DNA of 60,377 bases from contig CAZMXT010000005.1 of NCBI GenBank assembly GCA_964570365.1, forward strand, positions 1 to 60,377, given 5' to 3'. Positions 28,039-37,018 of this stretch are shown piece after piece (position 1 is the first letter of the stretch; each line of letters opens with the position of its first letter). The notes beneath the pieces are model-generated. The model was not told the origin of the DNA and did not search any database. It worked only from the letters and a program-made list of their open reading frames with translations. The position numbers and the translations under genes were made by a program. The DNA is from an uncultured Pseudomonadales bacterium. GTDB lineage: Bacteria; Patescibacteriota; Microgenomatia; UBA1400; PJMF01.

Positions 28039-30432
28039 ATGAATTTTCAACTTACTTCTTCATTTAAGCCAACTGGCGATCAGCCGAAAGCAATCGAAAA
28101 AATTGTAGAAGGTTTTAACGGCAACAAGAAACAACAGACTCTACTTGGGGTCACCGGATCTGGAAAAACCTTTACCATGGCGAACGTGATTGCCAAAACT
28201 GGCCTTCCTACCCTTGTTATTGCCCACAACAAAACACTAGCCGCACAGCTCTATCAGGAATTTCGCGACTTTTTCCCGAATAATGCAGTCAGTTACTTTG
28301 TCTCGTATTACGATTACTACCAACCAGAAGCCTACATTGCCAGCACTGACACCTATATTGAAAAAGAATCGACCATCAATGACGAGATCGACAAGCTCCG
28401 CTTAGCTTCAACCACCAATTTGTTAACTCGTCCTGACTGCATTGTGATTGCTTCAGTTTCTTGTATTTATAACTTGGGTTCACCGATTGAGTTTGGACGC
28501 TATATTCTGGAAATTATTGAAGGAGAGATCATTGCTCGCGAAACTCTATTACTTCAATTAAGTAACTTGCAGTATCAGCGTTCAGATGCTCATCTGGTGC
28601 GAGGGAGTTACCGGATGCGAGGCGACACCATTCAAGTCTGGCCTGCCTATGAAGATACCGCACTTAGAATAGAAACTCTGGAAAATAAAATTATCTCAAT
28701 TGTCAGAATTGACCCCATTACCGGCAGCGAGTTAGCCAGTGAAAGAATAAAACCTGAACAGACTATTTTGGCTGGACCGCAGATCAATATTCCGCGCGAA
28801 AATCGCCCAAAGCGATATGTAATTTACCCAGCCAAACATTATATGACTGATCCGAAAAGTCAGGATCAGGCCTTGAAGGAGATTGAGCATGATCTGCAGC
28901 TTCGTTTAGCTGAGTACCGCGCAGACGGCAGAATCATCGAAGCCTATCGACTGGAACAAAAAGTTAAGTTCGATATAGACATGATCAGGGAAGTGGGGTT
29001 CGTCAACGGTATTGAAAATTACTCTCGTTACTTCGATGGCCGCAAACCTGGTGACGCGCCATATTCTTTAATTGAGTACTTCCATGAGAATATTCGTTTG
29101 TTTGGTCAGAAGAAATTCTTAACTATTGTGGACGAAAGTCACATGACCATTCCGCAAGTTCGGGCGATGTATGCTGGGGATCAGGCGCGGAAACAGACGT
29201 TAATTCAGTATGGCTTTCGATTGCCATCAGCATTAGATAACCGTCCACTTCAGTTTACTGAGTTCATGTCTAAAATGGACCAACTTTTATTTGTCTCAGC
29301 TACACCAAATGATTGGGAGATCTCTCTATCCGGGAATGAAGTGGTCGAGCAATTAATTCGTCCGACTGGTTTGCTCGATCCAAAAGTAGAGCTGCGTCCC
29401 ACCAAAGGCCAAATTGAAGACTTAATTATCGAAATTATTGTTCGTAAACAATTGGGCCAACGTACATTAGTCACTACACTTACCAAGAAAATGGCTGAGG
29501 CGCTGACTGAGTATCTGAACGATAGTGAAAAAGTAATGAACCTTATTCAGCGGCGTAAAGAAGATGATCTCAATCGCTCTCAGGCTGATCTGTCAGAAGA
29601 AATTTTCTATCAAGGTGATGAGTTACCAGTGGATGACATGGAAATTGAGCCGATTGATAAAAAGTTCTACAGCCGTTCTGATATTAAAAAGTTGTCGGCT
29701 GAACTTGGTGTGCAAAGTAAGCAGGGAAACTTCAGTTTATTCCCCAAAGTTGCGTACCTCCACTCAGACGTCGAGACCTTAGAGCGCTCTGATATCTTGG
29801 CAGACTTACGTCGCGGCGAGTATGACGTGGTCGTAGGAATCAATTTACTCAGAGAAGGTTTAGATTTACCGGAAGTTACATTAGTCGCGATCTTGGATGC
29901 TGACAAAGAGGGCTTTTTGCGATCTGAAAAGAGTTTAATCCAAACCATCGGCCGCGCTGCCCGTCATGAGTCTGGTCAAGTAATTATGTACGCTGACCGA
30001 ATGACCAACTCAATGAAAAAAGCGATCAGTGAAACTCAGCGTCGGCGGCAGGTACAGTTTCAGTTCAATAAGGATCATGGCATTACTGCCACAACTATCT
30101 ACAAGCCAATTCGTGAGCGAATGATCGCGATAGTGGAAGAAGAAGCACCTGAATATGACGGCATCACTCGTAACCGCCCACAGTCAAGTCTCCACCGCAA
30201 TCCCCGCCCAGCACCTGCGCCACGAAAAAAGGGTATGTTCATAGATCTTTCCAAAAAAGAACAAATTGATCTCACTACGGTAAACCCAGAAGCATTAACA
30301 CCTGACGATCAGAAAAAGCTGGCCACTAAACTCAGAAAGCGCATGAAGCAAGCCGCCAATGAAATGGACTTTGAGCTGGCTGCAGAGATTAGAGATGTCG
30401 TGCGGAGGGTAGAAGCAGCAATCCAGCACTAA
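28039..30432 (+). CDS. uvrB: excinuclease ABC subunit B
   Basis: GVTGSGKTFT Walker A, DESH box (VDESHMTIPQ), GINLLREGLDLPEV, QTIGRAARH, and a C-terminal UVR domain (MDFELAAEIRD). It is about 130 aa longer than typical UvrB proteins. Confidence 0.95.
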   Translation: MNFQLTSSFKPTGDQPKAIEKIVEGFNGNKKQQTLLGVTGSGKTFTMANVIAKTGLPTLVIAHNKTLAAQLYQEFRDFFPNNAVSYFVSYYDYYQPEAYIASTDTYIEKESTINDEIDKLRLASTTNLLTRPDCIVIASVSCIYNLGSPIEFGRYILEIIEGEIIARETLLLQLSNLQYQRSDAHLVRGSYRMRGDTIQVWPAYEDTALRIETLENKIISIVRIDPITGSELASERIKPEQTILAGPQINIPRENRPKRYVIYPAKHYMTDPKSQDQALKEIEHDLQLRLAEYRADGRIIEAYRLEQKVKFDIDMIREVGFVNGIENYSRYFDGRKPGDAPYSLIEYFHENIRLFGQKKFLTIVDESHMTIPQVRAMYAGDQARKQTLIQYGFRLPSALDNRPLQFTEFMSKMDQLLFVSATPNDWEISLSGNEVVEQLIRPTGLLDPKVELRPTKGQIEDLIIEIIVRKQLGQRTLVTTLTKKMAEALTEYLNDSEKVMNLIQRRKEDDLNRSQADLSEEIFYQGDELPVDDMEIEPIDKKFYSRSDIKKLSAELGVQSKQGNFSLFPKVAYLHSDVETLERSDILADLRRGEYDVVVGINLLREGLDLPEVTLVAILDADKEGFLRSEKSLIQTIGRAARHESGQVIMYADRMTNSMKKAISETQRRRQVQFQFNKDHGITATTIYKPIRERMIAIVEEEAPEYDGITRNRPQSSLHRNPRPAPAPRKKGMFIDLSKKEQIDLTTVNPEALTPDDQKKLATKLRKRMKQAANEMDFELAAEIRDVVRRVEAAIQH

Positions 30433-30483
30433 GCTGAAGTATTGCTCACATTCTTCTTACAATTTTTTTGTTAAAATGCTCAA

Positions 30484-31734
30484 ATGCTTAAAAAATTTTC
30501 TCGCCCCCTTATTATTCTGGGAATAAGCTTAGTATGCATCCTACTTGTCTTAAGTTTTGTTATTTTTCCATACGCAAAAAGTAAAGTTGGTGACCTTCGG
30601 CCTGCTTTATTTTCTTCCGAAAAATATCAGGAACGTTCAGAGAATACTGCTTCCGGTCTGGAAAGCAATATCGTTCGAAAATTAGCTGATGCTCGCCTGA
30701 CAGTTCCAGAGGAATTTCTGATTTCTGAGTTTGCTACTGGCACTCCCGGAGCTCGGGATCTGCAATTTTCTCCAAATGGAACCCTTTTAGTTTCTCTGCG
30801 CGCAGAGGGAAAAATTGTGGCTTTACCTGATACAAATAATGATGGACAAGCTGACAAAGTTGTCGAAGTTCTAACTGGACTGCGAAACCCCCATGGTCTG
30901 GCATTTCGTAACGGCAAACTGTTTGTCGCAGAAGAACAACAGGTAAATCGCTATCTTTGGGATGAAAACCAATTGACTGCAAACTTAGAAAAAAAACTCT
31001 TTGATACCCCTGAGGGTGTAACACTACCTGGAGGTGGGGGAGGTCATCAAACTCGCAGCCTGACTTTTGATCAGAAAGGCAACTTATATATTTCGATAGG
31101 TTCCACCTGCAACGTTTGTTTAGAAAAAAATCAGTTTAACGCCACGGTCATGATTACTGATGAAGCAGGAAGTAATCCTCGAATTTACTCAAAGGGTTTA
31201 AGAAATGCCGTTTTTCTTGCCACCAACCCGCAAACAGATCAAGTTTGGGTAACAGAAATGGGTCGGGATTTACTGGGTGACAACATTCCGCCAGATGAAA
31301 TAAACATTCTGCAAGATAATAGTGATTTTGGCTGGCCATACTGCTACGGACGGCAAATTTACGACCAGAACTTTGGCAAAGAATCTGCCGCTTACTGTCA
31401 GTACACACTTCCACCTATCTTCGAGCTGCCAGCTCATTCTGCACCCCTAGGACTAGCATTTATAGAATCAGCTGATTTCCCCAAGGATTGGCAAGGAGAT
31501 CTCTTAGTTGCGTACCATGGTTCGTGGAATCGTTCAGAGCCGACAGGCTACAAAATCGTTCGTTTAGACGTTGAAGGAAACACAATTAAAAGTGAGAGCG
31601 ATTTTATGACCGGCTTTTTACAAGGGTCATCAGCAATCGGCAGGCCTGTGGACATGGCTTTTAATGGGTCAGGGAGTTTGTTTGTTTCGGATGATAAGTC
31701 TGGGAGAATTTATAGAATTACTGCGCGAAAGTAA
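30484..31734 (+). CDS. PQQ-dependent sugar (glucose/sorbosone) dehydrogenase-like beta-propeller
   Basis: N-terminal TM anchor, then PHGLAF, GGGGHQTRSL, GLRN, DEIN and FGWPYCYG motifs. TAAAAT lies 6 nt upstream of the ATG. Confidence 0.8.
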   Translation: MLKKFSRPLIILGISLVCILLVLSFVIFPYAKSKVGDLRPALFSSEKYQERSENTASGLESNIVRKLADARLTVPEEFLISEFATGTPGARDLQFSPNGTLLVSLRAEGKIVALPDTNNDGQADKVVEVLTGLRNPHGLAFRNGKLFVAEEQQVNRYLWDENQLTANLEKKLFDTPEGVTLPGGGGGHQTRSLTFDQKGNLYISIGSTCNVCLEKNQFNATVMITDEAGSNPRIYSKGLRNAVFLATNPQTDQVWVTEMGRDLLGDNIPPDEINILQDNSDFGWPYCYGRQIYDQNFGKESAAYCQYTLPPIFELPAHSAPLGLAFIESADFPKDWQGDLLVAYHGSWNRSEPTGYKIVRLDVEGNTIKSESDFMTGFLQGSSAIGRPVDMAFNGSGSLFVSDDKSGRIYRITARK

Positions 31735-32709
31735 TCATTGGTCATGATCAAACTCTGCCTTCATTAAAGACTTTGCCTGGAGGTATGGAATACCAAAGGC
31801 AGATTCCACCAATCGAACCTGATCTTCTGCTGGCAGAAAGGAGTCATTCTGCAAGTCAGGAAAGATTTGGGCCGCCTGTGATTCCGTCATTTTTCCTACG
31901 GCTTGGAAGGTAACACCTCTATCTGACTCGTCAGGTCGATTTAAAATTCTTCCAATTGAGAGCAAGCTTTCTACTTGACCCATATCTGGTAAATAAATCG
32001 TAGTGAAATCACGATTATAGGTAGCATCTGAGGAGCTAGAAATTGCGTTTATAGAATTTAAAGCTACTTTTCCCTGAAAAATTTTCGGCATCGTACCAAA
32101 TAAGGCCGGAATTTTCTCCAACAGAACACGTCTTTTTTGGGTACTAGCATCATGTGGTAAAGTTAAATCAGATGTAACCATTTCATCTAACTCTTTTTCC
32201 CTCAGTCGGGTAGCTTGAATAAGTATATCGGCAAAATACACTCGCAATGCAAGCAGGTTTCTTATATCAAAAAGACTTCGTTGGGTGGTCCGAAATGTTA
32301 ACTCTTGGGAGGCATAGCTAAAAGCCTGAAGAATAGATGGAAATCCAATTGCTGCTGCCTCCATTATTAAATACTCCATAAAGCTCAGATAGCTATCCGT
32401 TACTCGCCAAGGTTGGGAGTTCATTCCTTTCAGCAACATGGGAATAGTCGACATTTGATCTGCGTAAAAGTCTAATGTAAGCTGACGACAAAACTGAACG
32501 GCTCTGTGACTCATTTCAGGACTAAAGTACTGCGCTACTAAATCCTTAATTGTTTCTTCCGGTTCTATTGTTGTGCCTCTTTCTGTGTGTGGGGCAAAGA
32601 TTTTAATGGGCAACTGGGTTGCAGGATCTATACTGTCTACTTGCCTGGGTCGCCCTTCAGCTAAGAGTTCACCCAATAAATCTGAAGCTGACTTTTCTTC
32701 ATTTCTCAT
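31735..32709 (-). CDS. hypothetical protein
   Basis: 324-aa uninterrupted ORF filling the gap between two confident genes. No family recognised. Confidence 0.45.
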   Translation of the reverse strand: MRNEEKSASDLLGELLAEGRPRQVDSIDPATQLPIKIFAPHTERGTTIEPEETIKDLVAQYFSPEMSHRAVQFCRQLTLDFYADQMSTIPMLLKGMNSQPWRVTDSYLSFMEYLIMEAAAIGFPSILQAFSYASQELTFRTTQRSLFDIRNLLALRVYFADILIQATRLREKELDEMVTSDLTLPHDASTQKRRVLLEKIPALFGTMPKIFQGKVALNSINAISSSSDATYNRDFTTIYLPDMGQVESLLSIGRILNRPDESDRGVTFQAVGKMTESQAAQIFPDLQNDSFLPAEDQVRLVESAFGIPYLQAKSLMKAEFDHDQ

Positions 32710-32819
32710 TCAATGAGTATACTGCATAACATTTTTCACCCCTCCCCGGGACTAGACCTTTCTCCTTTTCTTCGCTATACTGAAGCTTCGATTTTTTGGT
32801 TTGAGAACTATGAAAAACT

Positions 32820-35800
32820 ATGTCAAAGCAAGCTAATTCACTTCCTAGCACTCCTACACTTCACTCCAATGACATGATTAGAATCACCGGAGCCAAGCAG
32901 CATAACTTAAAGAACATTTCGATGGAGATTCCCAAAAATAAGTTAGTGGTGCTGACTGGAATGTCGGGAAGTGGGAAGAGTTCACTTGCTTTTGATACGT
33001 TATATGCTGAAGGACAGCGTCGCTATGTTGAAAGCTTGAGTTCGTACGCACGTCAATTCTTGGGCGTAATGGCTAAGCCTGAAGTCGATCATATCGAAGG
33101 TCTCTCTCCAGCAATCTCGATTGACCAAAAGACGACCTCACATAACCCTCGCTCTACTGTGGGAACCATCACGGAGATTTATGACTACCTCCGTCTGCTT
33201 TTTGCTCGAGTTGGGCATCAGCACTGTCCAAACTGTGGGCGGGAAATTGCACCTCAGAGCGTAGACCAAATGGTCAATCATGTTCTGACTGAACTGGATC
33301 AACGAGCTAATGGCGCTCCTACCCGGTTGATGATCTTGGCCCCAGTGGTGCGTGATCGCAAAGGAGAGTTCTCAGCACTTTTTGAGAACTTACAAAAAAA
33401 AGGATATCAGCGCGCCCGTATTGACGGTAAAATGTACGACCTCAATCAGGATTTTTCTCTAATTAAAACCAATAAGCACACGATTGAAGCGGTGATCGAC
33501 CGACTCGCTACCTTTAAAAAAGAGCTGGATGAAGAAGAATCTCGAAAGACATTCCGCAGCAGACTTTCTCAGTCTGTAGAAGAAGCATTAAAGCTAGCTG
33601 AAGGCTTTGTGATGGTCTCTTTTATTGAAGATGCTTCACTTGACTTTCCTAGTAGCCCAAAGAACTTTGTAGATCGTTTATTCAGTGAAAAATATGCGTG
33701 TAGTATCTGTGGAATTTCTTTATCAGAGCTTGAACCTCGGCTCTTTTCTTTCAACTCACCACATGGGGCTTGTGAAAAGTGCGATGGTTTGGGTTCTCTC
33801 CTGAAAATTGATACTGAAAAAATGATTGCGCAAAGCCTGACTTTAAGCGAAGGGGCGATTATTCCTTTTGCCCGAATGATGTCCAATGATACTTGGTGGG
33901 CCCGCCTCATTCAGACCGTTGTCGAAGAAGAAGGCTATGATTTTCGGACCACGGCTTTTCAAGATATGAAGCAGGAAACTCAGGAGAAGTTACTCTATGG
34001 TGCGGAGAAAATCTACCAAGTAGAAGGTGAGAACCGTTTTGGCCGTAAGACGATGATTGAAGAAAAGTTTGAAGGATTTGTGAATAATCTAGAGCGACGG
34101 TACAGCGAAACAGATTCTGATTTTATACGCAAGGAAATTGAGCAATTTATGGAGCGCCGCATCTGTGAAGGCTGTGGTGGGAGTCGCCTCAAACCAGAAG
34201 CGCTCGCCGTGAGTATTGATAAGAGAAATATTGCAGAAGTCACTGCTTTGCCAATTGTCAAAGCTGCAGACTGGATTCAAAGAATTAATATTCGTCCAAT
34301 AAAAGATGAGGCATCCTTAGACAAAAGTACTAACACAAACCTAAGCATTCTTTCAGTCAAAGAGTTCACCATCGGTGAGTCAATTTTGAAAGAAATTGCC
34401 AGTCGTTTACAGTTCCTGGTGGCCGTTGGGCTTGACTACTTAACGCTGAATAGAGAAGCGGCTACTTTGGCTGGTGGAGAGGCCCAGCGCATTCGTTTAG
34501 CTTCGCAGATTGGGACTGGATTAACAGGGGTACTGTACGTGCTGGACGAACCAACTATTGGACTTCACCAGCGTGACAATCGACAGCTCATTGAGACACT
34601 TAAAAATTTGCGTGACAAAGGTAACTCTGTGGTGGTGGTCGAACATGATCGCGACTTAATGTTGGCCGCAGATTACTTATTTGACTTTGGACCACTAGCG
34701 GGAAAACATGGCGGTGAAATTGTGGCGCACGGCATTCCTAGTGAAGTGATGAAGAATCCTAAATCAATTACTGGAAAGTACTTGGCCCGCAAGAAAAATG
34801 TCGAGCGAAAGCTCAAGAATGCTACTGCGCAAGGTATGACCAACTCTGCTCATTATTTAGATCCTGATGCCACAGCTGTAAGCATTGAGAATCAACCAAA
34901 AGTAATCATTCGCGGTGCCAATCATCACAACCTAAAGAGCGTTGATGTAGAGTTTCCATTACGAACTCTAACCTGTATTACGGGTATTTCTGGCTCTGGT
35001 AAATCTACTTTACTCCACGACACTTTTTATGCAAATGTCGCCAAAATTTTAGGTAAGGCAAGTGATGAGCAACCCGGAAAAGTCAGCTCAATTGTGGTGC
35101 CAGAAGAAGTGCGCAGAGTCACCTTAATTGATCAAAGTCCAATTGGTAAAACACCTCGTTCCAACCCTGGTACCTATACTAAAATCTTCGATTACATTCG
35201 AACTGTTTTTTCCACCACCAAGGATGCGCGCACCCGTGGATATAGTACCGGTAGATTCAGTTTCAACGTGAAGGGTGGTCGCTGCGAAACCTGCCAGGGC
35301 GATGGCCAACTGAAGATCGAAATGCAGTTCTTGCCAGATATTTACGTTACTTGTGAAGTCTGTCATGGCTCCCGCTACAATGAAGAAACCTTGGCCGTAA
35401 AGTATAAAGAAAAAAGCATTGCTGATGTACTGCACATGACTGTTGATGAGGCCATGGAGTTCTTTAATGGACACAGCACTTTACGCAATAAATTAAAAAC
35501 CCTGCAGGATGTGGGATTGGGTTATATCGAAATTGGCCAGCCTGCTCCCACGTTAAGTGGAGGAGAGGCCCAGCGGGTGAAGCTCGCTCGTGAGCTCTCA
35601 GTGCGGACTAGTGAGCACTGCATTTACTTGCTCGATGAGCCCACCACTGGCTTGCACTTTGAGGACATTCAAAAGTTGTTGGAAGTATTAGAGCAGCTTG
35701 TAGCTCAAAACAACACCGTCATCCTGATTGAGCACAACTTAGATGTCATTAAAAATGCAGACTGGCTCGTTGACCTCGGGCCAGAAGGGGGAGATCGAGG

Positions 35801-35903
35801 TGGAGAAATTATCGCTGTGGGAACTCCAAAAGAACTCGCAGAGATTAAGAAATCGTATACCGGGCAATTTTTGAAAGAGGAGTTTGAGTTGGCTAGGAAG
35901 TAG
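32820..35903 (+). CDS. uvrA: excinuclease ABC subunit A
   Basis: Two ABC modules (GMSGSGKSSLAFDT, GISGSGKSTL; LSGGEAQR twice) and zinc-finger Cys clusters (CPNCG, CSICG...CEKCDG, CETCQGDG...CEVCHG). Confidence 0.95.
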   Translation: MSKQANSLPSTPTLHSNDMIRITGAKQHNLKNISMEIPKNKLVVLTGMSGSGKSSLAFDTLYAEGQRRYVESLSSYARQFLGVMAKPEVDHIEGLSPAISIDQKTTSHNPRSTVGTITEIYDYLRLLFARVGHQHCPNCGREIAPQSVDQMVNHVLTELDQRANGAPTRLMILAPVVRDRKGEFSALFENLQKKGYQRARIDGKMYDLNQDFSLIKTNKHTIEAVIDRLATFKKELDEEESRKTFRSRLSQSVEEALKLAEGFVMVSFIEDASLDFPSSPKNFVDRLFSEKYACSICGISLSELEPRLFSFNSPHGACEKCDGLGSLLKIDTEKMIAQSLTLSEGAIIPFARMMSNDTWWARLIQTVVEEEGYDFRTTAFQDMKQETQEKLLYGAEKIYQVEGENRFGRKTMIEEKFEGFVNNLERRYSETDSDFIRKEIEQFMERRICEGCGGSRLKPEALAVSIDKRNIAEVTALPIVKAADWIQRINIRPIKDEASLDKSTNTNLSILSVKEFTIGESILKEIASRLQFLVAVGLDYLTLNREAATLAGGEAQRIRLASQIGTGLTGVLYVLDEPTIGLHQRDNRQLIETLKNLRDKGNSVVVVEHDRDLMLAADYLFDFGPLAGKHGGEIVAHGIPSEVMKNPKSITGKYLARKKNVERKLKNATAQGMTNSAHYLDPDATAVSIENQPKVIIRGANHHNLKSVDVEFPLRTLTCITGISGSGKSTLLHDTFYANVAKILGKASDEQPGKVSSIVVPEEVRRVTLIDQSPIGKTPRSNPGTYTKIFDYIRTVFSTTKDARTRGYSTGRFSFNVKGGRCETCQGDGQLKIEMQFLPDIYVTCEVCHGSRYNEETLAVKYKEKSIADVLHMTVDEAMEFFNGHSTLRNKLKTLQDVGLGYIEIGQPAPTLSGGEAQRVKLARELSVRTSEHCIYLLDEPTTGLHFEDIQKLLEVLEQLVAQNNTVILIEHNLDVIKNADWLVDLGPEGGDRGGEIIAVGTPKELAEIKKSYTGQFLKEEFELARK

Positions 35904-36492
35904 CGATTGGCTTTACAGTAGAAGCAGTCTCCAATGCGGCAGCGCGATCAGCCTCTTTAACTTCAGAAAATGCTGCGTTAGCAGAATTTCTAATTTCAAC
36001 GTGAGGAGACTCTAGGAGTTTTGTTACTTCTTCAACTGTAAATTCATTCCAGTTTCGATTTCTAATTATTGCTTTAGCCAGTGCTCTGTCTAGATCATGT
36101 GCAAGGTTTTTCCTCCTAGTCAATATCAGCAACCGCTCTTTATTGGTAATTCCGCTGTCACTAGCAAATAGTAGATTGCTAGACATTATGAAGATAGCCT
36201 GAAGCAATACCGCCTTATCACGGCGTGCAATTCGGAGTACTTCTTTCATATACGGTAAAAAATGCTCTGGTCGTTGATGTATCGCAGCTAAGGCAGCATT
36301 TCTTTCTGTTGCATCTAAACTCTGAACAAGGTTAAGTAACTCTAAGGGAGATAATTCCGGACTAATCGATACTTCTTTTAAATTCACTTGCAAGCATTCC
36401 AACAATGACGCTACTACTACTCGCAAAAGGAACGGTCTACTTAAAAAAAACTCTGTATTGTAGTTCTGATGCTCAGCTTGGGTCATACTCAC
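35893..36492 (-). CDS. hypothetical alpha-helical (HEAT-repeat-like) protein
   Basis: 199-aa ORF starting 1 nt after the stop of the HNH gene. Segments such as LESPHVEIRNSANAAFSEV and LDATERNAALAAIHQ resemble HEAT/armadillo repeats. This is weak. Confidence 0.4.
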   Translation of the reverse strand: MSMTQAEHQNYNTEFFLSRPFLLRVVVASLLECLQVNLKEVSISPELSPLELLNLVQSLDATERNAALAAIHQRPEHFLPYMKEVLRIARRDKAVLLQAIFIMSSNLLFASDSGITNKERLLILTRRKNLAHDLDRALAKAIIRNRNWNEFTVEEVTKLLESPHVEIRNSANAAFSEVKEADRAAALETASTVKPIATS

Positions 36493-36493
36493 C

Positions 36494-36916
36494 TCAGCTT
36501 CTTACTGCAGGCTCTCTTAGAACTGAGTAATTTGGTAGCCCTTCTCTTTCTTCAGAACTTAACCGCTTCCATAGCGCAGCAAGGGCTTTAATATTATTTT
36601 CTTTAGATAACCCCAAGGTTCCATTTCCATGTCCATTAAAGTGTTGAAGGTAGTGACACTTTACGCAAAGAGTCATTCCATTATCTGTTTTGTCATAGAT
36701 CCTACTCTTTTTAAAATGGTTTCTGTGCGCAGCTTCCAATCTCTTGCTATTCTTACCCCCGCATTCTGTACATTTCCACTTATCTCTTTTTTTGATTTCC
36801 AAAGCTATGCTCCGAGAAAATGACCCTGTGGACAACCACAACGCCAAGACTATTGGTAAAGCAATTTCGCCCAAGTGAAGTAAAGCATCTCTGGAATTTT
36901 CCCATCGTTCGCGCAT
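36494..36916 (-). CDS. HNH endonuclease with N-terminal hydrophobic segment
   Basis: CTECGG...LEAAHRNH...NGMTLCVKCHYLQH (the HNH/CxxC...CxxH arrangement). Confidence 0.7.
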   Translation of the reverse strand: MRERWENSRDALLHLGEIALPIVLALWLSTGSFSRSIALEIKKRDKWKCTECGGKNSKRLEAAHRNHFKKSRIYDKTDNGMTLCVKCHYLQHFNGHGNGTLGLSKENNIKALAALWKRLSSEEREGLPNYSVLREPAVRS

Positions 36917-37018
36917 GAACGCTCATTATTAGCCGTTCTCAACTGATTTGAAAAGATCCAATACGAGTATTTTTGTTCTGCGCTGGCTTTATTCAGTATT
37001 ATTGCCTAAAATCCTGCT

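Noticed and set aside
29524-29745. Intein in UvrB
   Set aside because: The insert is only about 74 aa. It lacks an N-terminal Cys/Ser nucleophile context, block motifs and a C-terminal HN-Cys/Ser/Thr junction. It is better explained as a lineage-specific loop.
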